The notes under the pieces were generated by a model. That model searched no databases. It was not told the origin of the DNA and saw nothing but the letters and a program-made list of their open reading frames with translations. DNA of 64,000 nucleotides from an uncultured cyanobacterium (GTDB taxonomy: Bacteria; Cyanobacteriota; Cyanobacteriia; Phormidesmidales; Phormidesmidaceae), in the NCBI GenBank assembly GCA_963793265.1, contig CAWBZI010000002.1, positions 352,001 to 416,000 of the forward strand, given 5' to 3'. This document shows positions 10,848-20,814 of this stretch, one piece after another (within the stretch, counting starts at the first letter, position 1; each line of letters starts with the position of its first letter). Position numbers and translations under genes: made by a program.

Positions 10848-11747
10848 ATGAAGTCTAAGCAAATTATTCTGTTAGGGCCACCTGGCTCGGACGTTGAGGG
10901 GCAAGCGATCGCACTTGCTAAGCACTGGTATGTGCCGTATGTCTCTCTAGCCTCGCTTTTTCGGCAGGCAATTATCAAAAAGTCTGATATTGGAGAGCAG
11001 ATACGGCCCTATGTGAGTGAAAAGCAGCCGGTGCCTGATGATTTGGTGATGCGGTTGGTGCAAAGGCGAATAGAGCAGCCGGATATGTTGGACGGCTGGG
11101 TGATGATGGGGTTTCCGCGATCGCTAGCTCAAGCGGAGGCATTTGATGCACTGTTGTTGAAGTTTGAGCGGCCTGTGGTGGAGGTAGCCTACTTCAAGGT
11201 GATGACGGGCGTTTTGATTAATCGGCTAATGGCTGAGGAGGGCGCAGGGGAAAGCGTGGCAGCGATAAGGGAGCGATTAAAGCGCTGTCAGGCGGAGGTA
11301 GATCCTCTGATTGAGTACTACCGGCAACAGTCTCGCCTAGTGACTATTAACGGTAGCCGGTCTGCGGCTGAGGTGATGAATGAGCTATCTAGTTTGGGTG
11401 AGGAAGAAACAGGCGCGGCGCGGTTTGTTCGAGATGAGGCTGAGCTGGATGAGCTGATTGCAAAGGAGACTTTGCTGGTGGTGGACTGTGTGGCGTCTTG
11501 GTGCGGGCCTTGTAAGCTGGTGACGCCGATGATAGATCGGCTGGCAGAGGAGTTTGGTGAGGCTTCTAAGAAGCAGCGAGCGGCTGTGGTCAAGCTCGAT
11601 TTTGATAATAACCGGCAGGTGGCTAAGCGCTTTGGGCTTAAGGGGATGCCCTCTGTGATGTTTTTCAAGGATGGCGAGCGGGTTGAAACGCTGACGGGTG
11701 TGAAATCTTATCAGGACTATTGCAATGTGGTGACACGATTGCTCTAA
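10848..11747 (+). CDS. Adenylate-kinase-like domain (degenerate) fused to C-terminal thioredoxin
   Basis: IILLGPPGS, VPDDLV and GFPRSLAQAEA are adk-like; C-terminal WCGPC thioredoxin. ATG 10848 preferred over GTG 10782. Confidence 0.88.
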   Translation: MKSKQIILLGPPGSDVEGQAIALAKHWYVPYVSLASLFRQAIIKKSDIGEQIRPYVSEKQPVPDDLVMRLVQRRIEQPDMLDGWVMMGFPRSLAQAEAFDALLLKFERPVVEVAYFKVMTGVLINRLMAEEGAGESVAAIRERLKRCQAEVDPLIEYYRQQSRLVTINGSRSAAEVMNELSSLGEEETGAARFVRDEAELDELIAKETLLVVDCVASWCGPCKLVTPMIDRLAEEFGEASKKQRAAVVKLDFDNNRQVAKRFGLKGMPSVMFFKDGERVETLTGVKSYQDYCNVVTRLL

Positions 11748-11899
11748 CCTGCTTTCACTTAAACGCTATTTGTTACTGATCTTTTGTAAAAAGATCAGCT
11801 ACTTTTCACTTATCCTTTTAATTTGTGAAGACTACGTGAAGGATTTGTACATAGAGTAATTTCTCCTTGCACGAGTGATAACGTCTCGAAAGTGCATCA

Positions 11900-12820
11900 G
11901 TGAAAGTACTTACATTCCTTTATACAACCATCATGCACAAAGCTTGTTTACTGGGCGCTTTTTCCTTTGCCGCTATTTCTGGCATAGGAACGCCCGCGCT
12001 GTCCGCCGTTATCAACTTTGACGATCAGGGCTTATCTGGGCCTAGCGTTTTCACCGAAGCGGGTGACGCACAGGTGCTTAATATCGGTACAGATAGTGGC
12101 AATGTTCGCTTCAACGGCGGCGTTATCCTAACAAACGCTGCAAATGCTCCTGCTAATCGAACGTCTACCTACGGAACTGCTAACAATGTAACGAGTTTTG
12201 GCTTGCCAAATAACCCAACTCGCCAGAATCCTATTGTTATTGAATTCGAGAATCCTATCACTAATTTCTTTCTCGATGTTTTTAACGGTATTCCTGCCAA
12301 CGGGGTGGAATATACAGTTGCAGATGAGATTGGTAATGCCTCAACGTTCTCTCTCGTTTCAAATTTGCAAAGCGGCTTTCAAAAAGTTGGATTTGCCGCT
12401 GCTGGTAAGAGAATTACGGTTACTTCAAATGCAGCTCCTGTTGCTAATTTCCGCATTTCTGATGATAGCTACGATTTCTTTATTGACAACGTGTCCTTTA
12501 ACGCAGAGCTACCCGACGATCTGCTAGATCCAGTTGATGAGGTGATTGTTATGCCTCCTGAAGTTCCTGAAACACCCGAAGTTCCTGAGACACCTGAAGT
12601 TCCTGAGACACCTGAAGTTCCTGAGACACCTGAAGTTCCTGAAACGCCCGAGGTTCCTGAAACGCCTGAAGTTCCTGAAATACCTGAGACTCCAAACTTA
12701 CCTACGACTCCGATGCCCATGCCTAGCCCCGGAGAGCCGACTTCTGTTCCAGAGCCTATGAGTGTGCTGAGTTTGCTTGGTGTTGGTGCACTGGGTTTAG
12801 CACAAAGATATAAAAAATAA
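11900..12820 (+). CDS. PEP-CTERM secreted protein with Pro/Glu/Thr-rich linker
   Basis: Signal peptide, PETPEV repeats, C-terminal VPEP followed by a hydrophobic helix and basic tail (QRYKK). Confidence 0.9.
   Translation: MKVLTFLYTTIMHKACLLGAFSFAAISGIGTPALSAVINFDDQGLSGPSVFTEAGDAQVLNIGTDSGNVRFNGGVILTNAANAPANRTSTYGTANNVTSFGLPNNPTRQNPIVIEFENPITNFFLDVFNGIPANGVEYTVADEIGNASTFSLVSNLQSGFQKVGFAAAGKRITVTSNAAPVANFRISDDSYDFFIDNVSFNAELPDDLLDPVDEVIVMPPEVPETPEVPETPEVPETPEVPETPEVPETPEVPETPEVPEIPETPNLPTTPMPMPSPGEPTSVPEPMSVLSLLGVGALGLAQRYKK
12557..12694 (+). repeat. 18-bp coding tandem repeat (CCTGAAGTTCCTGAGACA consensus, about 7.5 copies)
   Basis: Directly visible; encodes PEVPET repeats. Confidence 0.95.
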
Positions 12821-12895
12821 GTCTCGGTCACGGCTTTTGCTGGATCGTACACTAGCAGAAACGCCCAGAGGAGTGGATTAGCTTCGTCCGGGCGT

Positions 12896-14014
12896 TTGCT
12901 TGGTAGGATAGCTTTGATGGCAGGTAGTGAGGCCGCTGTACGTTTGGCTATGCGTTTGACTGATATAAGTACTTTGGCAAGACTTGATAAAATCAAGCAA
13001 ACATTGATTGATCTCGACCAATCCTCAACGCAGGTAGAGTACAGGCGGATGTCGCAGCGATATGCCGTACGCTTAGAACGGCTAGCTGTGGGGCATAAGC
13101 TTCGGAAGGTGGCGCGCGATCGCCTACGGTTGCATTACAACAATACGTTGCAAGGAGAGGAGCTTGCGGCAGCTCTTAGCGGACTTAATTGGGAGAGCCA
13201 GCAGGATGGGATGGAACGCCGCCAACTGAAGCGGGAAAGGGATGCGGCGATCGCACCCTTTGCGGAGATTGTTGAAAAGAAAGTTCAACAAGTACAATCG
13301 CTTAAGCAACAATACAAGACGCTCTCTCGTGAGTGGCAAGCCCAAATGCAGGCTGCTTACCGCGTGGAATATGCAAGCGCAGAGCTTTGCGTGCCCATTC
13401 TCTATCAAGATGACGCGCTGATTGTGGTGGATAAACCGGCTGGGCTACTGGCTGTGCCTGGGCGGCGGTATCATTTGCAAGATAGTGTGCTGAGTCGGCT
13501 GCGGCTTCAGATGCCGGAGCGTTCGTTTTTGCAGGCTGTTCATCGGTTGGATAGAGATACTTCTGGGGTGATGGCGATCGCCACTTCTGCGAGTAGTCAT
13601 GCTGCATTCAGCGAGCAGTTTGCCCAGCGCCAAGTGTATAAAACATACGAAGCTGTTCTTTCTAAGCCAGTGACAATGCTTTCTGGCACGATTGAGCTAC
13701 CGCTGCGAGGTGATCCTGACCATCGTCCAAGGCAGGTCGTTAATTTTCAACAGGGCAAGCCTTGTCGAACAGACTTCAAGGTGTTGAAACAGGGCGATCG
13801 CCCTACCGTTGAGCTTGTTCCTCATACGGGGCGCACCCATCAACTGCGGGTACATATGGCTCATGCAAAGGGTTTGAACGCGCCTATTGTGGGCGATGCT
13901 CTTTATGGTACAGGCATATATTCAAAGAGATTGCATTTACATGCAACAGTACTTGAGCTAATGCATCCGGTCACGAGGAAATGGCTGCATTTTGCTAGTC
14001 CTTCTCCTTTTTAG
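12896..14014 (+). CDS. RluA-family pseudouridine synthase with N-terminal coiled-coil (start uncertain)
   Basis: VVDKPAGLL, catalytic HRLDRDTSG, TGRTHQLRVH, PIVGDALYG, RLHLHA. Confidence 0.88.
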   Translation: MLGRIALMAGSEAAVRLAMRLTDISTLARLDKIKQTLIDLDQSSTQVEYRRMSQRYAVRLERLAVGHKLRKVARDRLRLHYNNTLQGEELAAALSGLNWESQQDGMERRQLKRERDAAIAPFAEIVEKKVQQVQSLKQQYKTLSREWQAQMQAAYRVEYASAELCVPILYQDDALIVVDKPAGLLAVPGRRYHLQDSVLSRLRLQMPERSFLQAVHRLDRDTSGVMAIATSASSHAAFSEQFAQRQVYKTYEAVLSKPVTMLSGTIELPLRGDPDHRPRQVVNFQQGKPCRTDFKVLKQGDRPTVELVPHTGRTHQLRVHMAHAKGLNAPIVGDALYGTGIYSKRLHLHATVLELMHPVTRKWLHFASPSPF

Positions 14015-14137
14015 ATAGGTTTTCACGCCTACGCTAAGAAAATTTGACGAATTCTTCTAAAGAGGCTTGAGCAGCTATCAAAAGTCACTAACAAAAGTTG
14101 ATATGGGCACACTGTACTAATGCTCACAGCCGCTTAA

Positions 14138-17100
14138 ATGACTTCTTTTACCACCCTCACGCTAAAGTCTCTACTACGTGCTAGCTTACTAACCCCCGCC
14201 TTACTCGGTTCTCATCTTCTCATGGCTGAAGCCAATGCCGTGAGCATCCAGCTAGATGGAACGCGCACTATATTAAGCGGTACTGATTGCGATATTGCCA
14301 CCTATCGGTTTGGTACGACAGCTACGTTCAGCGGCACGCCGTTAGACTTGCTAGTCGAAGTGACGGCTGAAGATAATGAGTATGCTGCGGGTCAGTGTGT
14401 AGGGATCTCTTCTAACTTGCTTTCGCTACGGGTAAATGATGAAGATGCTGGCGATGACGTGGGCTCTATGGATCTTAGGATTACGGTGGTGGCTCAAGGT
14501 ACGACGACGCCTGTACTGGTCGATCGACTGGCGGTGACTGGCCTTGATTTGGATATCAATGATGGCGGCGGTACGGCAACGGATGATATTTATTTGGAGA
14601 CGCCGGGCGCATCATACCTGAGCCGGAACACTGAAGTACAGTACACAGAAGGGTCTTTCTTTGGTGGACAGTATCAGGTTCGTTTGGGCGGCGCAACTTT
14701 TGGCAACTGTGACGATACGGTAGCCTCGGCGCAGGAGGCTTGTCGAGGCGGTGCGATTTTTATTGACGGCCCAGGCGGCGTAAATTCGATTTCTAGCGTG
14801 AATGTTCGGGTGCAAAATGACAATGCTTACGGGCAAAACAACAATACTTTCGCCCACCGTTTGTTTCAGCTTTCGTTTGAGGTGGAGTCGATCAATCCTG
14901 TTGTGACCGATAATACAGATTATGGCGATGCGCCAACGAGCTATGGTGAGGCGGGTCAGTCGGTAAATGCCAATATTGCTCTGGGCTTTGGGCTGGTGCC
15001 GGATGATGACTTGACGGCTAAAGCTTCGGCGGATGCTGAAGGGGATGATACAGATAGCGCGCCGATTGCTTTTGATGACGAGGATGGGATTCGCTTGAGT
15101 AACGGCCAGCCTTTGAATGGGCAAACGCTAGAGAAGGGAACGGTGGCTAATTTAGATGTGGCAACGTTTGGCACGGGCTTTTTGAGTGGTTGGGTCGATC
15201 TTGATAACAGCGGCACCTTTAGCGCTGATGAACTCTTAATTGACGATTTTTCAATCAACAGTACAACCATTACAACAACATCAGTGCCGCTGCCAGTGCC
15301 GCTGAGTTCTGATACGGGCACGTCTTATGTGCGGTTCAGGTTTTCGACCGATCAAGATGAGGGGCCTACTGGCCTGAGTGCTAATGACGGTGAAGTAGAA
15401 GACTATCAGATTGATATTCAAGCGCCGCCACCACCAACGGCAGGAAACGTTTGTAGGGTGGACTATAATCTGGTCTATTCTGGGCAAGACAACCGTATTT
15501 TTGCAGTGCACGTGGATAGCGGGGCGAATTTGGAGCTAACAGATTCAGCTCTGGCAACGGCAAATGGACTGTCAACTGATTATGAAACCCGGCAGGTGTA
15601 TTACGGCGATGGCAATACGCTGTATGCCTGGAGCCCGCTAACGAATGCTCATGTTGTTGTTGATAGTAATTTTTCGAGCTATATCAGCCGTCCGCTACCA
15701 CCTAACTTTAGTATTTCTAGCGGTGGTGCGAGCTTTTATGGAGGGTCAGCTTACCAGGGCTCTGATATCTCTTCTGGCGGGCTCTTTGAGATTTTTAAAG
15801 TAGATTTTGTGGCGGGTTCTAACGGGCAGGCGATTCAAGCAATTACGCCGATTGGAATTGACACGCTAGTGCAGAACAATACGCTATCGGGCGTACCAAA
15901 CTGGGGCGACTTTATTATTGATGATAGCGGCGTGATTATTGCAAATGGTAATGGCGATCAGGGTTATTGGAGCTATGACCTGAATACGGCAACGTTTACA
16001 GATTTGGTGGAGACATTTGGCACAAATTCTCAGCTGGCAAAAGACGGTCAGGGTCGGATTTGGGCTTTGGGAGCAAGTGATGTGTTTCAAGTGGAGGTGG
16101 TGGGCAATAACTTGAATGAGATTGCCGGGACGCGTAACCCGACGGTAGGGCATAGTTCTTTTGACGCGGCAGAGTGCGTGCGGGGTAGCTCTAGTATTGG
16201 CGATCGCGTATGGAATGATACGAACGGCAACGGCACTCAGGAGCCGGGCGAAGGCGGGTTTGAGAACGTCACGGTCAATCTGGTTTGGGACTTGGATGGA
16301 GATGGCACGATTGATGCTGATGAGCCTGTGCTAGCAACTCGTTTAACGGATGCGAATGGCAACTACGATTTTGGAGATTTGATTTTTGGCAACTATATTG
16401 TTCAAGTAACAGATATCAGCAACGCGCTAAACGGCACAACTTTAACAACTGCAACCGATACGCTGCCAGTCGCGCTGCCGGTGGGCAGTATCGATTTTAA
16501 TGACGCTGATTTTGGCTATCAGCCGCCTTCTAATCCTGATTTGTTACTGACGAAGCGAATTACTGCGGTGAACCGGGGCGAGGCCGATCAACAGATCTTT
16601 GACAACAGCTTTGTGAATGTCGGAACAGCAAACGATAGCGATAATGCTGTGAACTGGCCGGGGCCTGCGGTGCCTGTGACCATTGGCAGCGGTACTGTTG
16701 AGGGCTATATTTCGGGGATTGTCAGCGGTTCTGTTGCAAATGCTTCTACTGGGCCACAAGACGTAGTGGAGTACACTATCTCGTTTCTATCAAGCGGTAA
16801 TACTGCTGCTCGTAAGGTGCTGCTTTGCGATCCTATTCCAGCAAATACAACTTTTGTGAGCGATGCGTTTAATGGCGGTGTGCCTGCTGGGCGCGGGGCA
16901 GGCGATCGCGGCATTTCACTCAGCTTTAACGGCACAGAGATTGCTTTAACAAACGCTATTGATGGCGATGAAGTAGCCGACACAGGCAGTAATGATAACG
17001 GCATCGGCGGCTATTACTTTCCAGCAGGTACAGACCCGAGCGCGACGATTACAGGGCTTAACGCTAACTGCACTGGCCCCAATACGAATGGGGTGGTGGT

Positions 17101-17191
17101 GGTGGATATGAGTAATGTGCCAAATGCTACGGGGGAGGGGGTGCCGGATGATTCGTATGGGTTTGTTCGTTTTTGGGTGAGGGTGGACTAG
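14138..17191 (+). CDS. Large secreted protein with GEVED, SdrD-B-like and DUF11-like domains
   Basis: Signal peptide; DYGDAP...GEVEDY; SIGDRVWNDTNGNGTQEPGE; VEYTISFLSSG...CDPIPANTTFV; C-terminal YGFVRFWVRVD. Confidence 0.85.
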   Translation: MTSFTTLTLKSLLRASLLTPALLGSHLLMAEANAVSIQLDGTRTILSGTDCDIATYRFGTTATFSGTPLDLLVEVTAEDNEYAAGQCVGISSNLLSLRVNDEDAGDDVGSMDLRITVVAQGTTTPVLVDRLAVTGLDLDINDGGGTATDDIYLETPGASYLSRNTEVQYTEGSFFGGQYQVRLGGATFGNCDDTVASAQEACRGGAIFIDGPGGVNSISSVNVRVQNDNAYGQNNNTFAHRLFQLSFEVESINPVVTDNTDYGDAPTSYGEAGQSVNANIALGFGLVPDDDLTAKASADAEGDDTDSAPIAFDDEDGIRLSNGQPLNGQTLEKGTVANLDVATFGTGFLSGWVDLDNSGTFSADELLIDDFSINSTTITTTSVPLPVPLSSDTGTSYVRFRFSTDQDEGPTGLSANDGEVEDYQIDIQAPPPPTAGNVCRVDYNLVYSGQDNRIFAVHVDSGANLELTDSALATANGLSTDYETRQVYYGDGNTLYAWSPLTNAHVVVDSNFSSYISRPLPPNFSISSGGASFYGGSAYQGSDISSGGLFEIFKVDFVAGSNGQAIQAITPIGIDTLVQNNTLSGVPNWGDFIIDDSGVIIANGNGDQGYWSYDLNTATFTDLVETFGTNSQLAKDGQGRIWALGASDVFQVEVVGNNLNEIAGTRNPTVGHSSFDAAECVRGSSSIGDRVWNDTNGNGTQEPGEGGFENVTVNLVWDLDGDGTIDADEPVLATRLTDANGNYDFGDLIFGNYIVQVTDISNALNGTTLTTATDTLPVALPVGSIDFNDADFGYQPPSNPDLLLTKRITAVNRGEADQQIFDNSFVNVGTANDSDNAVNWPGPAVPVTIGSGTVEGYISGIVSGSVANASTGPQDVVEYTISFLSSGNTAARKVLLCDPIPANTTFVSDAFNGGVPAGRGAGDRGISLSFNGTEIALTNAIDGDEVADTGSNDNGIGGYYFPAGTDPSATITGLNANCTGPNTNGVVVVDMSNVPNATGEGVPDDSYGFVRFWVRVD

Positions 17192-17718
17192 AGGCGGCGA
17201 ACAAAGCAGCGATCGCCTGGATCATAAGATCGAATATTCGGTCGCCTCTTTGCCTCTGCCTCCTCGTACTGAAGGCGGGACAAGAGCCGAATGCTCCTTT
17301 CATTTGCTGGATGTACAGTCGCCCACCATTCGGTTCCTGGCGCGACCGTTTCGAGGTAATCATGCCACCAATACATCGCCTCGAAGGCTAGGCTCTTGCC
17401 CCACCAAGCTTCACCTAAAAGGTAAGCTACCTCGCCCCACTCGTTATATTGCGTTGCTTCGAGCCGACCAATTGCTTTGAAGGGTGGTGTTTTCAAGCGT
17501 ATTGCTATATTGAACCACCTTTCAGAGGCTGCCGTAGGATCTCTTGAGCCTTTCCTACGGATGGTGTATTCAGCTCTTAGTTCTTCTAGGGTTTGAGGCT
17601 TCCCATCTGGATCAATAAAGGCAAGAACGGAGGGCGTTGTCAAGATAGGAAGCAGACTATCGGCGTGATCAGCAGTAAGCGGCTCGAAGATTAGATTTTT
17701 GCTCTGCATTATTATCAT
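17188..17718 (-). CDS. GNAT (RimJ/RimL-like) N-acetyltransferase
   Basis: LIFEPLTADHA, EVAYLLGEAWWGKSLAFEA, VHPANERSIRLL. ATG 17718 or 17709 preferred, since the longer ORF would overlap hsdM. Confidence 0.85.
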   Translation of the reverse strand: MIIMQSKNLIFEPLTADHADSLLPILTTPSVLAFIDPDGKPQTLEELRAEYTIRRKGSRDPTAASERWFNIAIRLKTPPFKAIGRLEATQYNEWGEVAYLLGEAWWGKSLAFEAMYWWHDYLETVAPGTEWWATVHPANERSIRLLSRLQYEEAEAKRRPNIRSYDPGDRCFVRRL

Positions 17719-17820
17719 TATTGACTCTAAACCAGCGCAGTGATTAGGGTGCTTTGCAGTATCAAGATTAGTTGGCACAATGGTGTAGCTAACCGTTGAA
17801 CTCGAGAACCCCCTGGCTAC

Positions 17821-19866
17821 ATGAGCGTACACAATATCCTTCAGTATGAGTCAAATATTTGGGCGACGGCGGATCTGCTGCGGGGCAGCGGCATTAAGGA
17901 GTCGGAATGGCCTGCTTATATGATGCCGTTTTTTGCGCTGGTGATGATTGAGAGCCGTTTGGTGCGGATGTTTGATGAGCTAAAGGCGGATATTGGGGAG
18001 GCGTCGCTGGCGGAGATTGCGTCAGAGGATTTGATTGTGCTGGCTCAGGATAAAGGGCAGGGCTATAACCGCTATATTTTTGAGAAGAATCAGTCGCTGG
18101 CAGATATTTGCCAGAACGATAAGTCGTTTGATGTGGATTTTGAGGCGTATTTACAAGGGTTTGACCTGGAGACGCGGTATCTGCTGGGGGTAGATGCGAC
18201 TGAAGGGGAGAAGTTTTTAGATATTAAGGGTGTGGTTTCTAAGCTGAAGGCTAAGAAGGTGCTGCTGGGCTATACCCAAGAGTGGAGCGGGATTGATCTG
18301 AAGCCTTTTGATAATTCAGAAATTACGACGTTAGAGGAGCATATTAAGCGGCGCTGGGCGGATATTTCGGCGGAGACGGCGGGGGAGCAGTATACGCCGG
18401 ACGATGTGATTGCGCTGATTGCGGAGATTATTGCGTCAAAAATTGAGGATTCAGACCGGCTGCTGAAGATTTACGACTGTACGTGTGGTGGCGGTAATCT
18501 GCTGTTTGGGGTGGAGGATAGGATTCAGGCGAAGGTGCAGCGGCTAACGCAGACGTTTGGGCAAGACTGGAATGATGCGCTGTACGCGCTGGCAAAGATT
18601 GAGAGTCGGTTTCGGGTGGATTCTAAGATTGCTCACGGCAATACGCTGACGGAGGATCAGTTTTATGATGATGAGTTTGATGTGGTGATTGCTAATCCGC
18701 CTTATGGGGTGAGCTGGAAGGGCTATCAGAAGGATATTAGAAATGATAAGACTGGGCGATTTAAGTTTTTGCCGTCGGTGTCGGATGGTCAGCTATTGTT
18801 TATGCAGCATTTGGTGTCGAAGCTGGATGCGGTGGGGATGGGCGTTGTTGTTCATAATGGCTCGACGCTGTTTAGTGGGGATGCAGGATCGGCGGAGAGC
18901 AATATTCGTAGGTGGCTGATAGATACGGATGTGGTGGAGGCAGTGATTCAGCTACCGACGGATGAGTTTTTTAATACGGGAATTTATACCTATTTGTGGG
19001 TGCTGAATAAGAACAAGCCTGTGGATCGGCAGGGCCGGGTGATGTTGATCAATGCGAGTGAGAAGTTTGTGCCGCTCAAAAAGAGTAAGGGATCTAAGCG
19101 GCGGGAGGTGGATGAGGCGAACCGGCTAGAGATTGTAGAGACGCTGGCGCGGTTTGCAGATAATGACTATGCGCGGGTGTTTGAGAAGGAACATTTTTAC
19201 TTTAATAAGCAGGCGATTCGGCTGACAAATGTGGATGATGAGGGGCGATCGCTCTCTGACTGGCTACCGGAAGGGAAGAGTAGTTTGAAGCTGAAGCCGG
19301 TGAAGTTGGAGAATGGGGTGCGATCGCTAAGTGAGTTTGTAATAACAGAGCCGGGGGCGTTTGCTTCATTAAAGGCGGCTTATGAGGAGGATATTAAGCC
19401 TTTTGTGAATGGGCTGGACTATAAAGAGCAGCCGCTGGTGGTGACAACAAAGGGGGCGCTGTATTACTTTGATGCGGAGCGGGAGACGCTGGTGAAGGAG
19501 GTGCTGGGTAAGCGGGAGGCGCTGGGCTGCGGCAAGATTGTGGTGAAGGCGTCTTTGAAAAAGAAGACGAAGACACTGCCAGAGCGGATTGAGATTTTGG
19601 TGGAGCTGGTGCCGGATGAGCAGAAGGACTATGAGATTATTCCATATTATCGGGATGAGGCAGAGAATCAGGCGGCGATAGAGGCGTTTATGGCGAAGTA
19701 TATTACGAAGCCGTTTGAGTATTTGGATAATGTGGTGGGGGTGGAGATCAATTTTAATAAGGTGTTTTATGTGCCGGAGGTGCTGCGGCCTGTGGAGGAG
19801 ATTTTGGGTGAGATTGCGGCTTTGGATGATGCGTTGAGAGAGCTGGAGTCTGAGTTGATACTATAG
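17821..19866 (+). CDS. hsdM: Type I restriction-modification methyltransferase subunit M
   Basis: IWATADLLRG, GEQYTPDDV, motif I YDCTCGGGNLL, motif IV NPPY, FFNTGIYTY. Confidence 0.93.
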   Translation: MSVHNILQYESNIWATADLLRGSGIKESEWPAYMMPFFALVMIESRLVRMFDELKADIGEASLAEIASEDLIVLAQDKGQGYNRYIFEKNQSLADICQNDKSFDVDFEAYLQGFDLETRYLLGVDATEGEKFLDIKGVVSKLKAKKVLLGYTQEWSGIDLKPFDNSEITTLEEHIKRRWADISAETAGEQYTPDDVIALIAEIIASKIEDSDRLLKIYDCTCGGGNLLFGVEDRIQAKVQRLTQTFGQDWNDALYALAKIESRFRVDSKIAHGNTLTEDQFYDDEFDVVIANPPYGVSWKGYQKDIRNDKTGRFKFLPSVSDGQLLFMQHLVSKLDAVGMGVVVHNGSTLFSGDAGSAESNIRRWLIDTDVVEAVIQLPTDEFFNTGIYTYLWVLNKNKPVDRQGRVMLINASEKFVPLKKSKGSKRREVDEANRLEIVETLARFADNDYARVFEKEHFYFNKQAIRLTNVDDEGRSLSDWLPEGKSSLKLKPVKLENGVRSLSEFVITEPGAFASLKAAYEEDIKPFVNGLDYKEQPLVVTTKGALYYFDAERETLVKEVLGKREALGCGKIVVKASLKKKTKTLPERIEILVELVPDEQKDYEIIPYYRDEAENQAAIEAFMAKYITKPFEYLDNVVGVEINFNKVFYVPEVLRPVEEILGEIAALDDALRELESELIL

Positions 19867-19911
19867 AGTGTGCGGTTTTGCTGTTGGTTGATGTATTTGG
19901 AGAATGACGTA

Positions 19912-20208
19912 ATGAAGGCGATTGAGACAAAGGCGCAAGTGGATGATGCTCGTATGCTAACGATAACGATGGAGGTGCCTTCTGATGTGCCAGTGGGCGA
20001 GTATGAGGTGATGGTGGTGCTCAATAGCCTGGTAGCTTCTGGCCCTAGTCTGTCTGATCAAAAGACCGATGAAGAAAAGTCTCGCTCAAAGCGTTGGCAG
20101 AAGTGGTTTGAGGAGGTGGATCAGTTGCCTTTGAAGGCAGATGGAGAAGATAAAACTTTTCATCAGATTTTGGTTGAGAAGTATCGTAAGCAAGGTTTGG
20201 ATTTGTGA
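19912..20208 (+). CDS. Putative antitoxin upstream of PIN toxin
   Basis: Small ORF with GGAG upstream of ATG 19912; ends EKYRKQGLDL; GTGA overlap with the PIN gene. Confidence 0.7.
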   Translation: MKAIETKAQVDDARMLTITMEVPSDVPVGEYEVMVVLNSLVASGPSLSDQKTDEEKSRSKRWQKWFEEVDQLPLKADGEDKTFHQILVEKYRKQGLDL

Positions 20209-20615
20209 TTTTGTGCGATACGGGTGTGTTGTTGAGCTTAGTAGATCGCAGTCAGCCTAAGCACAAAGAGTATCGTCAGTTTGTAGCTGGATCTCAGGAT
20301 GATCTCATTACGACGTGGGCTTGTTTTACGGAGGTGATGTATTTGTCTTTGGAGAGGGGTGGCTGGAAAATGCAGCGGCAGGTTGTTCGATATATTTTGG
20401 ATGACTTGCTTATCATGCATGAGATTATGCTTGAGGATTTTGACCGTTTGTATGAGCTGATGGAGAAGTATCAGGATCGACCTATGGACTTGGCAGATGC
20501 GACTTTGGTTTTGACTGCTGAGAAGATGGGGGTGCAGCGGATTTTGACGTTGGATTCTGATTTTCTGTTTTATCGAATAGAGGGTAAGGAGAGCTTTCAA
20601 GTTATTGGGGTGTGA
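20205..20615 (+). CDS. PIN-domain (VapC-like) toxin
   Basis: ILCDTG, TEVMY, MDLADATLV and ILTLDSDF carry the acidic PIN residues. Confidence 0.88.
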   Translation: MILCDTGVLLSLVDRSQPKHKEYRQFVAGSQDDLITTWACFTEVMYLSLERGGWKMQRQVVRYILDDLLIMHEIMLEDFDRLYELMEKYQDRPMDLADATLVLTAEKMGVQRILTLDSDFLFYRIEGKESFQVIGV

Positions 20616-20755
20616 CTATTGGTGGCTTGCGATCGCTGTGGAGAGACGCTGTTTAGCAGTGAAACGGCGAGAATACTCGCGTAATGCTGAATGGGAAGGA
20701 TAGGCCAGTTAGGTCGGTTGCTTTGGATGTGTTTTCTTATGGTGAGGCTGTTTAG
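20616..20755 (+). pseudogene. YgiT/MqsA-type zinc-finger protein remnant (5' truncated, frameshifted)
   Basis: Frame 1 reads LLVACDRCGETLFSSETA; after a 1-nt shift it continues ENTRVMLNGKDRPVRSVALDVFSYGEAV*. This matches the C-terminal half of cyanobacterial YgiT-type proteins from memory. Confidence 0.6.
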
Positions 20756-20814
20756 TGATGTTGCTGTTTGATTTTGAAGGGGCGATCGCGTTTTTGAATG
20801 AGGGAGTGGATTGA

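Noticed and set aside
12469..12996. Minus-strand ORF with GVSGTS repeats, and the alternative-frame LKFLRH ORF
   Set aside because: Both are shadows of the PEP-CTERM tandem repeat.
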